Assembly (NCBI GenBank): GCA_002269645.1
Contig: NIVC01002192.1
Span: 1 to 64,000 of the forward strand
Direction: 5' to 3'
DNA from: Macrostomum lignano
Taxonomy: Eukaryota
Length of the DNA stretch: 64,000 bases
Part shown: positions 44,433-56,267 of the stretch, piece by piece
How the letters are laid out: every line of letters starts with the position of its first letter
Numbering within the stretch: position 1 is the stretch's first letter
Program-made: the position numbers and the translations under genes
Notes under the pieces: generated by a model
Seen by the model: the letters and a program-made list of their open reading frames with translations, nothing else
The model's database searches: none
Told to the model about the DNA's origin: nothing

Positions 44433-46118
44433 ATGGCCGCTGCGGAGCAAATGCGAACTGCGCTGGAGGCCGACGACTGCGAGCAGCTGCTAAAGCTGTG
44501 TCGGCAGCTGGACTCCAACCTGACAGTTTCGGCCGGCTACTTTGAAGGTCCGCCTCACGTGAGAGAAATTTCGGCGGCTCACCACGTCGCTAGCAAGCCG
44601 TACGGACTCGACTGTCTGGAGGTGCTGATCGACCGGTTCGGAGCTGCATGTTTGACATGCAGAGACGAGTTCAACTACACACCTGTGCACTTGGCCGCCA
44701 TTAAGCAGAGCCAGGACAGTCTGAAGCTCATTCACACGACTCTTGGCAGCGACTGTTTTTATGAAAAAGGAAGATTTGGTCGCTCAGTGATTCACTGCGC
44801 TGCCATGAATAAGCATAGCAACAAGGCACTCAAGTGGCTGATCGGTGAGTTCGGGTCAGACAATCTAATGGCGAAGGATGACAATGGTTCGACAGTCGTT
44901 CATCTATCAGCTGAGTTTCAGAGCTCAGATTCGATGGAATTCATTAAATCAATGCTCGGTTCCGACTGCTTCCGTCAGAACGGGTGGCTTGGTCGCACCG
45001 CAGTTCACTGTGCTGCTTGTAACAAGGTCTCAAACTCGTCGCTCAAGTGGCTGATCGATGAGCTCGGCTCAGACTCTCTCATGGCTGCCCAGTTTCAGAG
45101 TTCAGATTCAATGGAATTCATTAAATCGAAGCTCGGTTCCGACTGCTTCCGGCAGCACGGACCCAAAGGACGCACCGCAGTTCACTGTGCTGCTTGTAAC
45201 AAGGTTTCAAACTCGTCGCTCAAATATCTAGTCGATGAGATCGGTTCAGACTCTCTCATGGAGAAGGATGACAATGGATCGACAGTCGTTCATCTGGCCG
45301 CTGTGTTTCAGAGCTCAGATTCGATGCAGTTTATAAAATTAAAGATCGGTTCCGACTGCTTCCGTCAGCACGGACGGCTTGGACGCACTGCAGTTCACTA
45401 TGCTGCTTATAACGAGGTCTCAGACTCGTCGCTCAAGTGGTTGATCGGTGAGCTCGGCTCAGACTCTCTCGTGGAGAAAGATTACATCGGATTGATGGCT
45501 TGTCACCTTGTCGCAGCTCATCAGGGTGAAAACTCCATGGACTTGATGAAGAGCCTGCTCGGAGTTAAAAGGTTCCCTTTGCGTCATCGTTTTGGCCAAA
45601 CTGCAGCTCATTTTGCTGCACTAAATACAAGGAGCAATGCAACACTGGCCTGGTGTGTCAGAGAACTGGGCTCCCAGTGCCTGACTCACGTAGATAAAGA
45701 CGGCAACAATCCACTACACAATGCTGCTCAGCATCAAGATGAGAAGTCGATGCAGCTGGCGGTGAGCTCACTCGGACCGGACTGTCTCAAGCTGCCAGGT
45801 GAGAAGCAGCGAACTGCAGTTCACTTCGCGGCCATCAACACCAACAGCGTCTCTGCGCTAAGGTGGATTGTCGGTCAGCTGGGACCCGACTGTCTGAAGC
45901 TGAGGGACGACGAGGGCATCACGGCTGCGCACCTGGCAGCTCAGCACCAAAGCGAGGACTCGCTGCGGCTCATCAGGGACTCGCTGGGCGTCGCCGCTTT
46001 CGACTTGCAGGACCAGCAGGGACAGTCGGTGGCGGACTATACGAAGAAGAACAACCGGTCGGAGCGGATGCTGGGCTGCATCGCCGAGCTGCGGGAGGAG
46101 GAGAGGCTAAATAGGTGA
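44433..46118 (+). CDS. Ankyrin-repeat exon of ANK-kinase paralogue A (561 aa if the intron is retained; if spliced, stops 15 codons into exon 2)
   Basis: ATG 44433 (MAAAEQMRTAL) follows an atttcag acceptor. Many TPVHLAA/TAVHCAA-type ankyrin repeats. The ORF is open, with only in-frame indels relative to paralogue B. Donor AG|GTGAGC at 46114/46115 overlaps the TGA. Confidence 0.85.
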   Translation: MAAAEQMRTALEADDCEQLLKLCRQLDSNLTVSAGYFEGPPHVREISAAHHVASKPYGLDCLEVLIDRFGAACLTCRDEFNYTPVHLAAIKQSQDSLKLIHTTLGSDCFYEKGRFGRSVIHCAAMNKHSNKALKWLIGEFGSDNLMAKDDNGSTVVHLSAEFQSSDSMEFIKSMLGSDCFRQNGWLGRTAVHCAACNKVSNSSLKWLIDELGSDSLMAAQFQSSDSMEFIKSKLGSDCFRQHGPKGRTAVHCAACNKVSNSSLKYLVDEIGSDSLMEKDDNGSTVVHLAAVFQSSDSMQFIKLKIGSDCFRQHGRLGRTAVHYAAYNEVSDSSLKWLIGELGSDSLVEKDYIGLMACHLVAAHQGENSMDLMKSLLGVKRFPLRHRFGQTAAHFAALNTRSNATLAWCVRELGSQCLTHVDKDGNNPLHNAAQHQDEKSMQLAVSSLGPDCLKLPGEKQRTAVHFAAINTNSVSALRWIVGQLGPDCLKLRDDEGITAAHLAAQHQSEDSLRLIRDSLGVAAFDLQDQQGQSVADYTKKNNRSERMLGCIAELREEERLNR

Positions 46119-46944
46119 GCTGCCTGCTGCTTAAAAAACCCCATTGCGTTGAGGCCATTTAGTATATTTGGATATTACGTACTGTATAATACACAGCAGA
46201 GCAAACCTTAGTCAAGCTTATTTTAACTTGTATAGCGAGTCCCGTTATCGATTGCTTTTTCGTTAGCGGGATTATCGTTCCCGTTTACCTGCCGTTAGCC
46301 CGAACAACAACGACAACAACAACAAAGAAAACAATGTCAACAAAGCAATAATAACAGTAACAACAAAAACAACAGAAAAGCACTGACAGACGCAATGCAT
46401 ATGCCAAAGTTTTTACATAAAATTTGCTTCATACAAAGTCAAATTAATGATGGACACTTCAGGTTCTTGATTTATTAAGCTATGGTAAAAATTACGAAGG
46501 TCAAATTCCTACTTCTATTCGATTCGATTTAACCTCGGGAAGAAGCAGAAACAGGATGAAGTCTGGCTTCGTTGGTTTTGCTCAAATCAATCGAGTCTTC
46601 TCAATTTTCAGGACGTGGCAAACAAGTTGACATTCGCAGTGGTTTTCAGACTGTAGTTTAACTTTGACAATGAGCATCAATATTCATTTGTATGTCAGCT
46701 TTCTGGTTTGGTTTAGGATTTGACTTACTCAATATACCTGTGAATGATAATTCGTTTTCAACGTATGCAAAGTGTGATTTTATTTGAAATTATGATTGTA
46801 CATACTTTGTCAACAACAATGATTTTGGAAGTTCCAATACATGTACATTGGGGACCGCGGGTCCACACCTGATACAGCGGTAAGAAAGACCAGCAGTCTC
46901 AAAACTGCATTGCAATCAAAGCAGTCACGTTTTTCTGCTTCCAG

Positions 46945-47840
46945 AGCTCCGGCTTCCTTGGACCCGAGCTTCAGCAGTTGGACCTTCTAGCCTGACGATC
47001 GGAGAGGGCGGGTTCGGCAAGGTGTATAAGGCCTTCACCGATAGGCAGCAGACAGTCGCTGTCAAAATCGTCGAGCCCGTTCGCTGCAGCGATCCGTCGA
47101 AGCTGGAAACGGCGGTGGAGAATGAGAGGCGGGCTTCGAGATCCTCGTGCGCATCCGGCACCGGAACATCGTGCAGTTTTTCAAGACCGAGCGCTCAGCG
47201 GAGCACGGGTTCTGCATCTTCACGGAGCTCATCGCAGGGTGCAGCCTCCTCGATCTGATGAACCGGCTGAACAAGCCGTTCGATGAGCCAGCAGTGAGGC
47301 GTTTCCCGCATCAAGTGAGCTGTCACTCCTGCTTCTGCCACAGTGTGAATACTGAGCGAACAGCTGACTCTTCGACCCCCGAAACCCCTTTGCAGATCTG
47401 CAGGGCGCTCAACTTCCTGCACTGTGAGCACATCGTCCACCGGGACATCAAGTGCTCCAATATCATGCTCACCCACGAGAGCGTCATCAAGCTGATCGAC
47501 TTCGGACTTGCAAAGGAAATCGTCTCAGCAGCACAGGGAGCCGCGACCTACACCCTCGGAACTGTTCACTTCATGGCCGCAGAGCTGCTTCTTGGTGACG
47601 AGAATGACCGGCTGGTGTACACTCCGAAGACAGACGTGTGGGCGTTCGGCTGCACCGTGTTCGAGATGCTGGAGAGGAGGCCACCAAAAGGTCAGAGTGA
47701 CTTCAAAGGGCATGCCGCAGCTGCCAGACGGGACCTCCGACACTCTGAGAGATTTCTACCGGCGCTGCGTGATGAAGGAGCCTGGAGAGCGGGCGGATAC
47801 TGCGGAGCTGCTGCGACACAGCTTCCTGCAGAGCGGGTAA
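46945..47840 (+). pseudogene. Disrupted Ser/Thr kinase exons of paralogue A
   Basis: Exons 46945-47314 and 47396-47840 align to the paralogue B kinase. They carry TTG>TAG (46988-46990), a 20-nt deletion at about 46997, a 1-nt deletion at about 47131 and a net 26-nt deletion at about 47686. Confidence 0.88.
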
Positions 47841-48587
47841 GCGTGCGGACTCGAGCTTTGCACTGCACAGTTTGAATCACAGAATATTTGCGGTAAATTC
47901 TGTAAACTTTCACTATTCTACTATTTTGTTTTTTACTGTTTTATTGTTTAACTGTTTTGCTGTTTTAGTGCTATTGACCGACTGAATGTCGGATTTTGAT
48001 TCATTCTCGACTCACCTTGTTGCTCTTATTATTCAACTTTAAGCTGCTGCATTGTTCTGCTGTATGCTGCTAAAGTCGTTGTCTGCTGCACTTGACCATG
48101 TTTTTCTGTTCCACGAGCGTCTACTGTGATGCCTTTATATTGTTCTGCCGTTTCGCTGTTTGCAAGTAAAATTCAGAATGCAGCAGTTTTCAAGTCAATA
48201 CGCTCGTAAAAAGTGATTTAATTTTTGCTTTGCACTTTTATTTGAAAATAATGAGTTCTGTGACTTGCCCGGTATCTCTCGGGACGCAGATTTGATTCAG
48301 ATTCGCTTTTGATGCCACTCAACGATTCCACAGCGACTCCAGCACGCCTCAGATACAACTCTACGACGCCCCAGAGTCGTCGCAGATAATAAAAACGCCT
48401 CAAATTGACTCTTACGAGTATGCGACTCGTTTGACAACTTTTTGGCGACTTGCATTGTGACGTCTTGTCACGGCTAGAGTTACTTCTTTTCTATTTTATG
48501 TGCTAGCTGCAACGACTCTCTGAAACTATTCTGTTGCTGCGCAAGTGACTCTGGGACGCTTCTTGGCATGGGTACCGTTTTCATCGG

Positions 48588-48980
48588 GAGTCTGCAGCTC
48601 ATTCGCATGACTCTGCGCAGAGATTGTTTTTATTAAAAAAGATTTGGTCGCTCTGCAGTGTTTCATTATACTGCCATGAATAAACAAAGCAGCTGATCGG
48701 TGAGCTCGGCTCAGACTCCAATGGAGGAGGAAAATGGCCCCCAGAAGTCTCCGCAGTGACTCTTTTTTAAAGGAAAATTCTGTAGCTCCAGGTTTTAATG
48801 CTCTGCCATGAATAAGCATAGCAACAAGGCACTCAAGTGGCTCGTCGGTGAGCTAGGCTCAGACTCTCCCATGAAGGATTAGCAATGAATCTCGGAACTC
48901 GCGGCAGCGACTTTTTATGAAAAGGGAAAATTTGGCTCAGAGTTTTAATGCGCTGCCATGAATAGGTAAAGCAACAAATC
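48588..48980 (+). pseudogene. Decayed fragments of a further ankyrin-repeat paralogue
   Basis: Three degenerate matches to the ankyrin exon, for example gctgccatgaataagcatagcaacaaggcactcaagtggct and ggtgagctcggctcagactc, with stops and indels. Confidence 0.75.
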
Positions 48981-49121
48981 CGCCTGCACTCTCAGAAAGC
49001 AAAGATAAGTCCCATTGTTCTCACTGACCTGAATCCGAAAGCACTGGTTGAGCCATCCGCTCATTTATAACTGTACATGTATAGGTCCCCTGCCCTACCT
49101 GTCTTCAGGCTCCTCAGTCAC

Positions 49122-49135
49122 GTTGCCATGGCAAC
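49122..49135. promoter_or_regulatory. Perfect palindromic RFX X-box motif
   Basis: GTTGCCATGGCAAC, about 750 bp upstream of the ATG at 49884. Confidence 0.5.
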
Positions 49136-49883
49136 AGACTGGCTTAAAGTTAAAGTTCCCAGTCGAGAACCGGGATTAAATTTGGGTTCAGGTCAAACGC
49201 TCAATTTCACATAGCTGGTACAAGGGTTGTTTGTCTTCGGTCAGTTTCCACTTTGGTCAGTGTCAGTTCTAAATGACTTTTAATTCAAGAAAAAAGGTGG
49301 AGCTGACGCTGCTCATACAAATGTTTTTAAACAAACTTGATTACTCACAAATCCGTAACCTTAATCTCTTCATGATCCCAAGCTCAGTTCAAATCAGCCT
49401 TCGCTTCTTGTGCACACAGGGGCAGAGCAGCTCAGCGGTAGCGCATCTGCCTCGTGCACAGAACTGACTCTAAGCTTGTACGATTCTGACATAGTTTGAA
49501 AGCGGTTCGGATAGCACCTGAATGCTAGGACTAGGATCGACCCCAAATGACAGCTGGAACTTCTGACTATCAGAGGATTGGCAACGCATCTCAGTTTGCG
49601 AGAATTCTGGACAGAAAAGCCAAAACTCTTTCTAATGCTGGAATAAACAAATCTGCTCGATCAAGAGAACCGGCTCTAACTAGCCAATGAAGATGGCCCA
49701 GCCATTCTCAGCCAACCATCGGTCTCAAGGGAAACAAAACACTATCAAATAAATAAATCCCAGTCTTAACCTGAAAGCTTAACTCCCAGACCAGACTGAG
49801 TTTTCGAAAGTTCAAGAAGAACACCCGAAGCAGCTGAGGATTTCAGTGGTGAAGACAAACGGAGATACTCGAAACATTTGGAA

Positions 49884-51577
49884 ATGCCAGCTGGAATTCT
49901 AGCGCTGCTGTTCGGCTGCATGGCTGCTGTGACAGGTGAGGCTTCTCATGCACGTTGCAGAAGCATTGTCGGTCAAATGCACTGAGTGCCTGCGAATGCG
50001 TCAAGTAGATTTCTAAACCTACAAAACATCGAGAATTGAAAAGTCTTAGAGTTGTCATCCACATTTGTTAACTGTTGTGATGGCGCAGCCGCAGTTTGCA
50101 ATACACAGAATCTCCTCAAACCAACAGGCGCCCACCAATCCAGCCTCTTCACCGCTGTCACCGGACCCGTCCTGATCGGCAACGCCTCCAGCAGCGAACT
50201 CGTCAACCTGACCGGCGTCCAGACCCGGCTGGAGTGTCTGGCAGCGTGCCAGCGGAACGGCTGCCTGCTGGCTTCGCTCATCCCCAGCTCGCGCGTCTGC
50301 CAGCTGCTGCTGCTCAACGACGCGTCTCAGGCGCCGGGACCGGCCGGGACTCACGTGCAGAGACTCGTGGGCTCCGAGCCCGGCGCCAGGCTGTGGACGG
50401 CCGAGAACTTCACGGAGCTGATGAGGAAGAGGATGCTGAATGTCACCATTGAGCTCAGAAGTGAGGAAAAGCCAATGTTTGCAAATTTTTCTGTGCTTCG
50501 AGCATTTGCTGCACCTTGACATCTGATCTGCAGCGCCCTCTTTCACTGCAGACAGCAGCACGGGCAGGGCCGGCTCCATCCAGTCCGTGACGATCCCCTC
50601 GACCGGCTGCTACCGGATCGAAGTGTCGGGCGCCAGAGGCGGCACCAACTCCTTCTCAGGCAAGGCTGGCGGCAGCGGCGCCTTCGTGTCCGGCGCCTTC
50701 AACCTGACGGCCGGCACCCAGCTGAGCGTCGTGGTCGGACAGGCTGGCGGTCCGCCCAGCAACTTGTACGCTGGTGGCGGCGGAGGCGGCGGCAGCTTCG
50801 TGTACCGGACGGCAGACGAGCTGCTGCTGGCTGCAGCCGGAGGCGGCGGTGCCGGGACCTACAGCTCAGCTGGTGAGTAAAAATGGCTTCAGGACAACTG
50901 GTTAAAATATATTCTCCAAATGCGCTCTGATGTTTAAGTGCTTAGGGTATTCCTGTGTCTGGTTTTCAATTGATGTCGGTTTTTGAGAGACTTACTTTAG
51001 TAAAATCAGCTCCAAACACAAAACAACTAACCAAATAGGGCACTCATACTATTGAATATGTTGAAAGTAAGCCACGAGCACCGAATTCGCAGGCCTGCCC
51101 GGAGAGGCCGGCGTCAACGGCTCCGTCGCGAATCCGAGCGAAAACAGCCACGGCGGCAGCAACGGACAGCCGGGCTTCCACGACTCCAGCGCCATGACCG
51201 GCAACCAGAACCTCGCTGGCTGCGGCGCCGGCTGGCTGGGGAAGCCGGTGTGCACCAGGCGGGGACCGGACGACGGTGACGGAGGCGGCAGTCGGGCCGA
51301 AGGCTGGCTGGGCGGCGACGCCGGCGGCTCCAACACCGGCGACGGCGGGTTCGGCGGTGGCGGAGGCGGCGGCACGGCGAACCCCAACTATGGCGTTGCC
51401 GGGGCCGGCGGCGGCTTCAGCGGAGGCGCCACCAGCTTCTCGGGGAGCCCTCCAGGAGGTGGCGGCGGCTCCTTCTGCTCCGGCAGCGGCTGCAGCGGCA
51501 CCACTGGCGGCAACGCCGGCCAGCACGGCCTGGTGGTCATCCGGCTGGTCGATCCGCTGAGCAACTCTTGCGAGTGA
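49884..51577 (+). CDS. Secreted protein: signal peptide + PAN/apple-like Cys module + ALK/LTK-type glycine-rich domain, 4 exons, about 396 aa, no TM or kinase
   Basis: Exons 49884-49935, 50128-50460, 50552-50872 and 51093-51577, all phase 1 (1191 nt). Signal peptide MPAGILALLFGCMAAVT; Cys module LECLAACQRNGCL...VCQLL; Gly-rich domain IQSVTIPSTGCYRIEVSGARGG...LSVVVGQAGG...GGGGGGSFV...GGFGGGGGG...GGGGGS...HGLVVIR. Confidence 0.85.
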
Positions 51578-54569
51578 CGATTTCATGGAAACTGGACATT
51601 GTCCAACGGAACTGAGACTGCGTTGTTTTAGGAGTGGAATGCTGTGGCAGTTTTTTGGGAAATTTTCAAGTGTTTACTTTTTTATTGGCGACCGTTTCCG
51701 CTACAAGCCGAACACTATCAAGTCCAGGTGAAACTTTCACGGTGGAGTGACTTTGGGACCTGCTTTTATGCCTAATACGCTTGACTCTGCAGTGGGCGAG
51801 ACCAGCAAAGTAGCAATACTCTTTGCCTTAAATTAATCTCGTGTTGTATTCTTGCACTTTTGTTGCAGTGCAAGGGCATCCCATTCTTTAGTCGTTGTGG
51901 TGACTCAGTTAGTCCGCCTTGCTTCATGCGTTATGCACTAGACTGTGATTTTTTGTTTGGTTTAAGCCTTAGCCTCCCCCCCGCAGTTCTCCTTGTTGTC
52001 ACTATTCTCGTGCCTTGCGTGTACTTTTTGTTGTTTACTGCATTCTGATTGGCTGGGCCGGCAGCGGGCTGGTGTTTAATTTTTTGCAGGGGGTGGTGGG
52101 CTGGAGGGCTTGCGGACCCCCTTCCTCGGGCCGTGGCGCGGGGTGTCGTTTTCGTTGTCTTGGGATTCGGAGCTAGACTAGAGGGGTACATTGGCACGGC
52201 ACTGGCTTCATTGTATGCCAGCCTGCACCACCGCAGACATCACGGGTCTGTGCATCAACACTTGTATGTAGCCTGTGGGCTTTGGGATCCAGGGATACAC
52301 TACTCTCTTGATATCTCAAATACTTTAGCTTGCTAGTACGAGCGAGTTCGGATGAGGGGGGGGTTTAAAGTTGCATTTGTTACTTCGTCAATAATCCTAT
52401 TAAATCTATATTATCCCAAAAAATCGCCATAAAGGGGTCGACTTAGTTCGAAAATGTTTGAACATAATACTTTTACCTGCTGCTTGCTTAATCCTGAGTC
52501 AATCACTTTCAGTGCAAAAAATTTCGCTGCCTCCATAATCCCAATGACTCATCTCTAAAACTTCTCAACTTACAAAATGCAACCCACTGCTACAATTCTC
52601 GCCTCAGCCGGACAAGGGTGAAGGTCAAATTCTTTAGTCAACTGGCCTCGGGTACACAAGACTCTACTGAGCTGATGAGAGAGAAAAGACATGTTTATGT
52701 GCTCACACCTACTTTCTCGTGCTCAAGATCCAAGTCTCCCGATGCTGCCTGCCTGCCTGAGTACACCGCGTTTACTCCTCCCGTCCCATCCTCGACTCGT
52801 CTTGCCATGGAAAGAGTGATTAAAACTAGATAAAAGGACACCCGCTACTTCCAATATGTTCAGAGTTCCCGAGCTCGCCAGTTTGATCCACTGCACTAAA
52901 ATTAATAACTTCAATGGCTGATGCTGAGCTGTCTTATTTTCAGCAGGAGTCTGGTGAATTAGACTACATCAAAAAATGGATTTAACAGTCCAGAATTTGT
53001 TTCGTAGAAAGTGACCGGAATGCCAACCGAGCCAAAAGATGATGAGAGACGAACAAGCGGTAAAAAAATCGGCCAACAGCTTCGCGATTGGACCGATCGA
53101 GCTGACCAGCATCGAAGAGTTGAAAGCCGTCGGTTATCGGATCTAAGGCTTCATCAAGGAATCTGAACGCTATCAAGGAGATTATTCACGACAGCCAGAG
53201 CCAAGGTTTGTCACTGTGTATAAGCGCGAGAGGAATTCTCCAGTGCATGAAGATGGTGCTAAAAATACCAATATCGAATCTTTTTAAAGCAGGTTGGCTT
53301 TACACCGGCTTGGGTTAATTTCCTAGTCCGGGTCTCCAGTTCTCCAGCGCAGCCGAATTTCCCTTTTTACATCTAGGAGCAATGAATAGGCATCTGACAA
53401 AGGCTGCTGATTGCTGCTGATGGAGAATGAGGAGCTGGCTGAGGCCGATTTCCGATCCTTGGCTTCTATTGAACGCTTAGGGTGTTTTTTGATTGCTTGA
53501 ACTCGGGAGCAAATTTTATGGCGAACCAGATGCTGCAGTATCCGTTTTTATACGTTGAAGTAGGGGTCGCAAATTTTTAGGGGGGAGCAAGCTATACCAA
53601 GCTATTCAACCCAATATTAGAAACCTCTACATGCATTGTTACAGGACAAAGAGTATGGCTCATTTTTTACCACGGCAACAAGAAGTTTCTGCTGGCGGAG
53701 CCGCCATTGAAACCGCGATTGGCATCTCGTGACCAGGCCTGGATCCCGGCTTCCATAGCGAGAACACCAGCCAGGGAGCAGTGAGTGATCCGCCTTGCAG
53801 CTCAGACCGAGGAGCTCAGAATTCAGGGACTCCCAGGCACAGGTGCTCGGGATTTCGGATTCCCGGAAAGGCCCAGAAAATGACTGACTTTGACTCTGAT
53901 CCAACTCTGCCGGACCCGATCACCGGACCTGATCTTCGAGCAGCATAACTGATACATGAGTCCGGTCCATCAGCAGCAGTTAGATTGACTCAATCTAGAT
54001 TGACCCATCTGTGCAGCAGCCAGTGCTCAAGTTCGCCTCTCTGCAAGCATCTTCATCGCCAGCCTCCGGCTCTGTGAGCCCCACCCTCCCAGCCAATTGA
54101 GCAGCTCTAATAGCTCTATAGCGCCGAAATTCTGTGCTCAAACCTGCTCGCCTCATCATCAAGGCTCTCCGTCCCTCTGCAATCGTCCCTCTCAAAATGC
54201 AAAACGAGCGGCATTTTGGGCCAAGTTTTGCACCTGCTCGACACCCCTGAGTACTTTATTGTTTGCTGCCGTGGCCCTGCGGCTCCACCAATGCAGAGCT
54301 CGAAGGCCCGCAGCCGCCTCTCCGCCTTCGGCCCCATCTCAGCCTCCAGCCTCCGACTCACCCATTGTGCTGCAGCTTCTCTCTGTCCCCATGCCTGCCC
54401 CGAGTTCAGAAGCCTCTCAGCTGAGTACGCGCTTGCGGGGCAACGGCTGTGTGCAGAAGCTCTAAGAATCGATGAGGCGGTTTAAGGAGCAGCCCAGCAA
54501 CCGCTCGGCCTGAGACCGGCCACACTGCTCAGCTGGAGGCGCTGCCAATTTTGCTACTCGAATTCGGCT

Positions 54570-55885
54570 GTGTTGCCTGTGCTGAAGGTGAGTCTCTGTG
54601 GTTTCTGTGTGCTGCCTGTGCTGAAGGTGAGTCTGTGTGGTTTCTGTGTGCTGCCTGTGCTGAAGGTGAGTCTGTGTGGTTTCTGTGTGCTTCCTGTGCT
54701 GAAGGTGAGTCTCTGCGATTTCTGTATGCTGCCTGTGCTGAAGGTGATGCTGCCTGTGCTGAAGGTGAGTCTGTGTGGTTTCTGTGTGCTGCCACTGATC
54801 CACTGTGCTGAAGGTGAGTCTCTGTGGTTTCTGTGTGCTGCCTGTGCTGAAGGTGAGTCTGTGTGGTTTCTGTGTGCTGCCTGTGCTGAAGGTGAGTCTG
54901 TGTGGTTTCTGTGTGCTGCCTGTGCTGAAGGTGAGTCTCTGCGGTTTCTGTGTGCTTCCTGTGCTGAAGGTGAGTCTCTGCGGTTTCTGTGTGCTGCCTG
55001 TGCTGAAGGTGAGTCTCTGCGGTTTCTGTGTGCTGCCTGTGCTGAAGGTGAGTCTCTGCGGTTTCTGTGTGCTGTCTGTGCTGAAGGTGAGTCTCTGCGG
55101 TTTCTGTGTGCTGCCTGTGCTGAAGGTGAGTCTCTGCGGTTTCTGTGTGCTGTCTGTGCTGAAGGTGAGTCTCTGCGGTTTCTGTGTGCTGTCTGTGCTG
55201 AAGGTGAGTCTGTGTGGTTTCTGTGTGCTGCCTGTGCTGAAGGTGAGTCTCTGCGGTTTCTGTGTGCTGCCTGTGCTGAAGGTAAGTCTCTGCGGTTTCT
55301 GTGTGCTGCCTGTGCTGAAGGTAAGTCTCTGCGGTTTCTGTGTGCTGTCTGTGCTGAAGGTGAGTCTCTGCGGTTTCTGTGTGCTGTCTGTGCTGAAGGT
55401 GAGTCTCTGCGGTTTCTGTGTGCTGTCTGTGCTGAAGGTGAGTCTGTGTGGTTTCTGTGTGCTGTCTGTGCTGAAGGTGAGTCTCTGCGGTTTCTGTGTG
55501 CTGCCTGAGCTGAAGGTGAGTCTGTGTGGTTTCTGTGTGCTGTCTGTGCTGAAGGTGAGTCTCTGCGGTTTCTGTGTGCTGCCTGAGCTGAAGGTGAGTC
55601 TGTGTGGTTTCTGTGTGCTGCCTGTGCTGAAGGTGAGTCTCTGCGGTTTCTGTGTGCTGCCTGAGCTGAAGGTGAGTCTGTGTGGTTTCTGTGTGCTGCC
55701 TGAGCTGAAGGTGAGTCTGTGTGGTTTCTGTGTGCTGCCTGTGCTGAAGGTGATGCTGCCTGTGCTGAAGGTGAGTCTCTGCGGTTTCTGTGTGCTGCCT
55801 GTGCTGAAGGTGAGTCTGTGTGGTTTCTGTGTGCTGCCTGAGCTGAAGGTGAGTCTGTGTGGTTTCTGTGTGCTGCCTGTGCCTG
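54570..55885. repeat. 39-bp minisatellite (about 33 copies)
   Basis: Unit ctgtgctgaaggtgagtctctgcggtttctgtgtgctgc. Each unit contains AAG|GTGAGT on the + strand. Confidence 0.95.
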
Positions 55886-56255
55886 TGCATTGCGAGACAA
55901 CTGTCGTTGGCAGATGACTATTTGCATAAAATGCAACGTCTTAAAAAATTTAAGACTGATTGTAGACGAAAAAGCTGTGAAAATTAGAGAAAATCGACTA
56001 AATCTCAGTAAATCTTGGTAAATTTCAGAACCCTAATAGTAGGTTTTTGCCAAGACGGAACAAGTAATAGTCGAATTTGTCCTTTTGCTTTCATATAAAG
56101 GGGCCTATCTTGAGTACGAGCTAAATATGATCTGTAGCTTAAATTGCTGTCATTTCAGCTGAGCTCTGGGTACTGACTGACTGATATTGCTGGCCCCCAA
56201 TGCAGGTGCGCGCACTGTTCTCCCCTCTCCGTCCAGCTGTCTGATTCCTCATGTA

Positions 56256-56267
56256 GGTCACGTGACC
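56256..56267. promoter_or_regulatory. Palindromic E-box/CLEAR-like motif GGTCACGTGACC
   Basis: 12-bp perfect palindrome about 1 kb upstream of ANK-kinase paralogue B. A similar ggtcacgtga lies upstream of the HAD gene (about 6872-6881). Confidence 0.35.

Larger units (their letters stand above)
43570..48010 (+). repeat. Segmental duplication copy A (promoter, ankyrin exon, intron, kinase exons, 3' flank), paralogous to 56571-62340
   Basis: Homology is visible from acttgccggtcgagtcg (43570 / 56571) through both genes to gactcaccttgttgctc / gctcaccttgctgctc. Confidence 0.9.

Noticed and set aside
51860-54540. GC-elevated minus-strand stretches with short protein-like frames (for example 52982-53176 and 54116-54480)
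   Set aside because: Frames are interrupted by stops, there is no consistent splicing and no recognisable domain. They may be decayed gene or TE sequence but cannot be supported.
54529-55936. His/Gln-rich 453-460-aa ORFs (HRQHTETAETHLQ)n as a metal-binding protein
   Set aside because: The 39-bp unit is open in most frames on both strands. There is no signal peptide or non-repeat domain to favour one frame.
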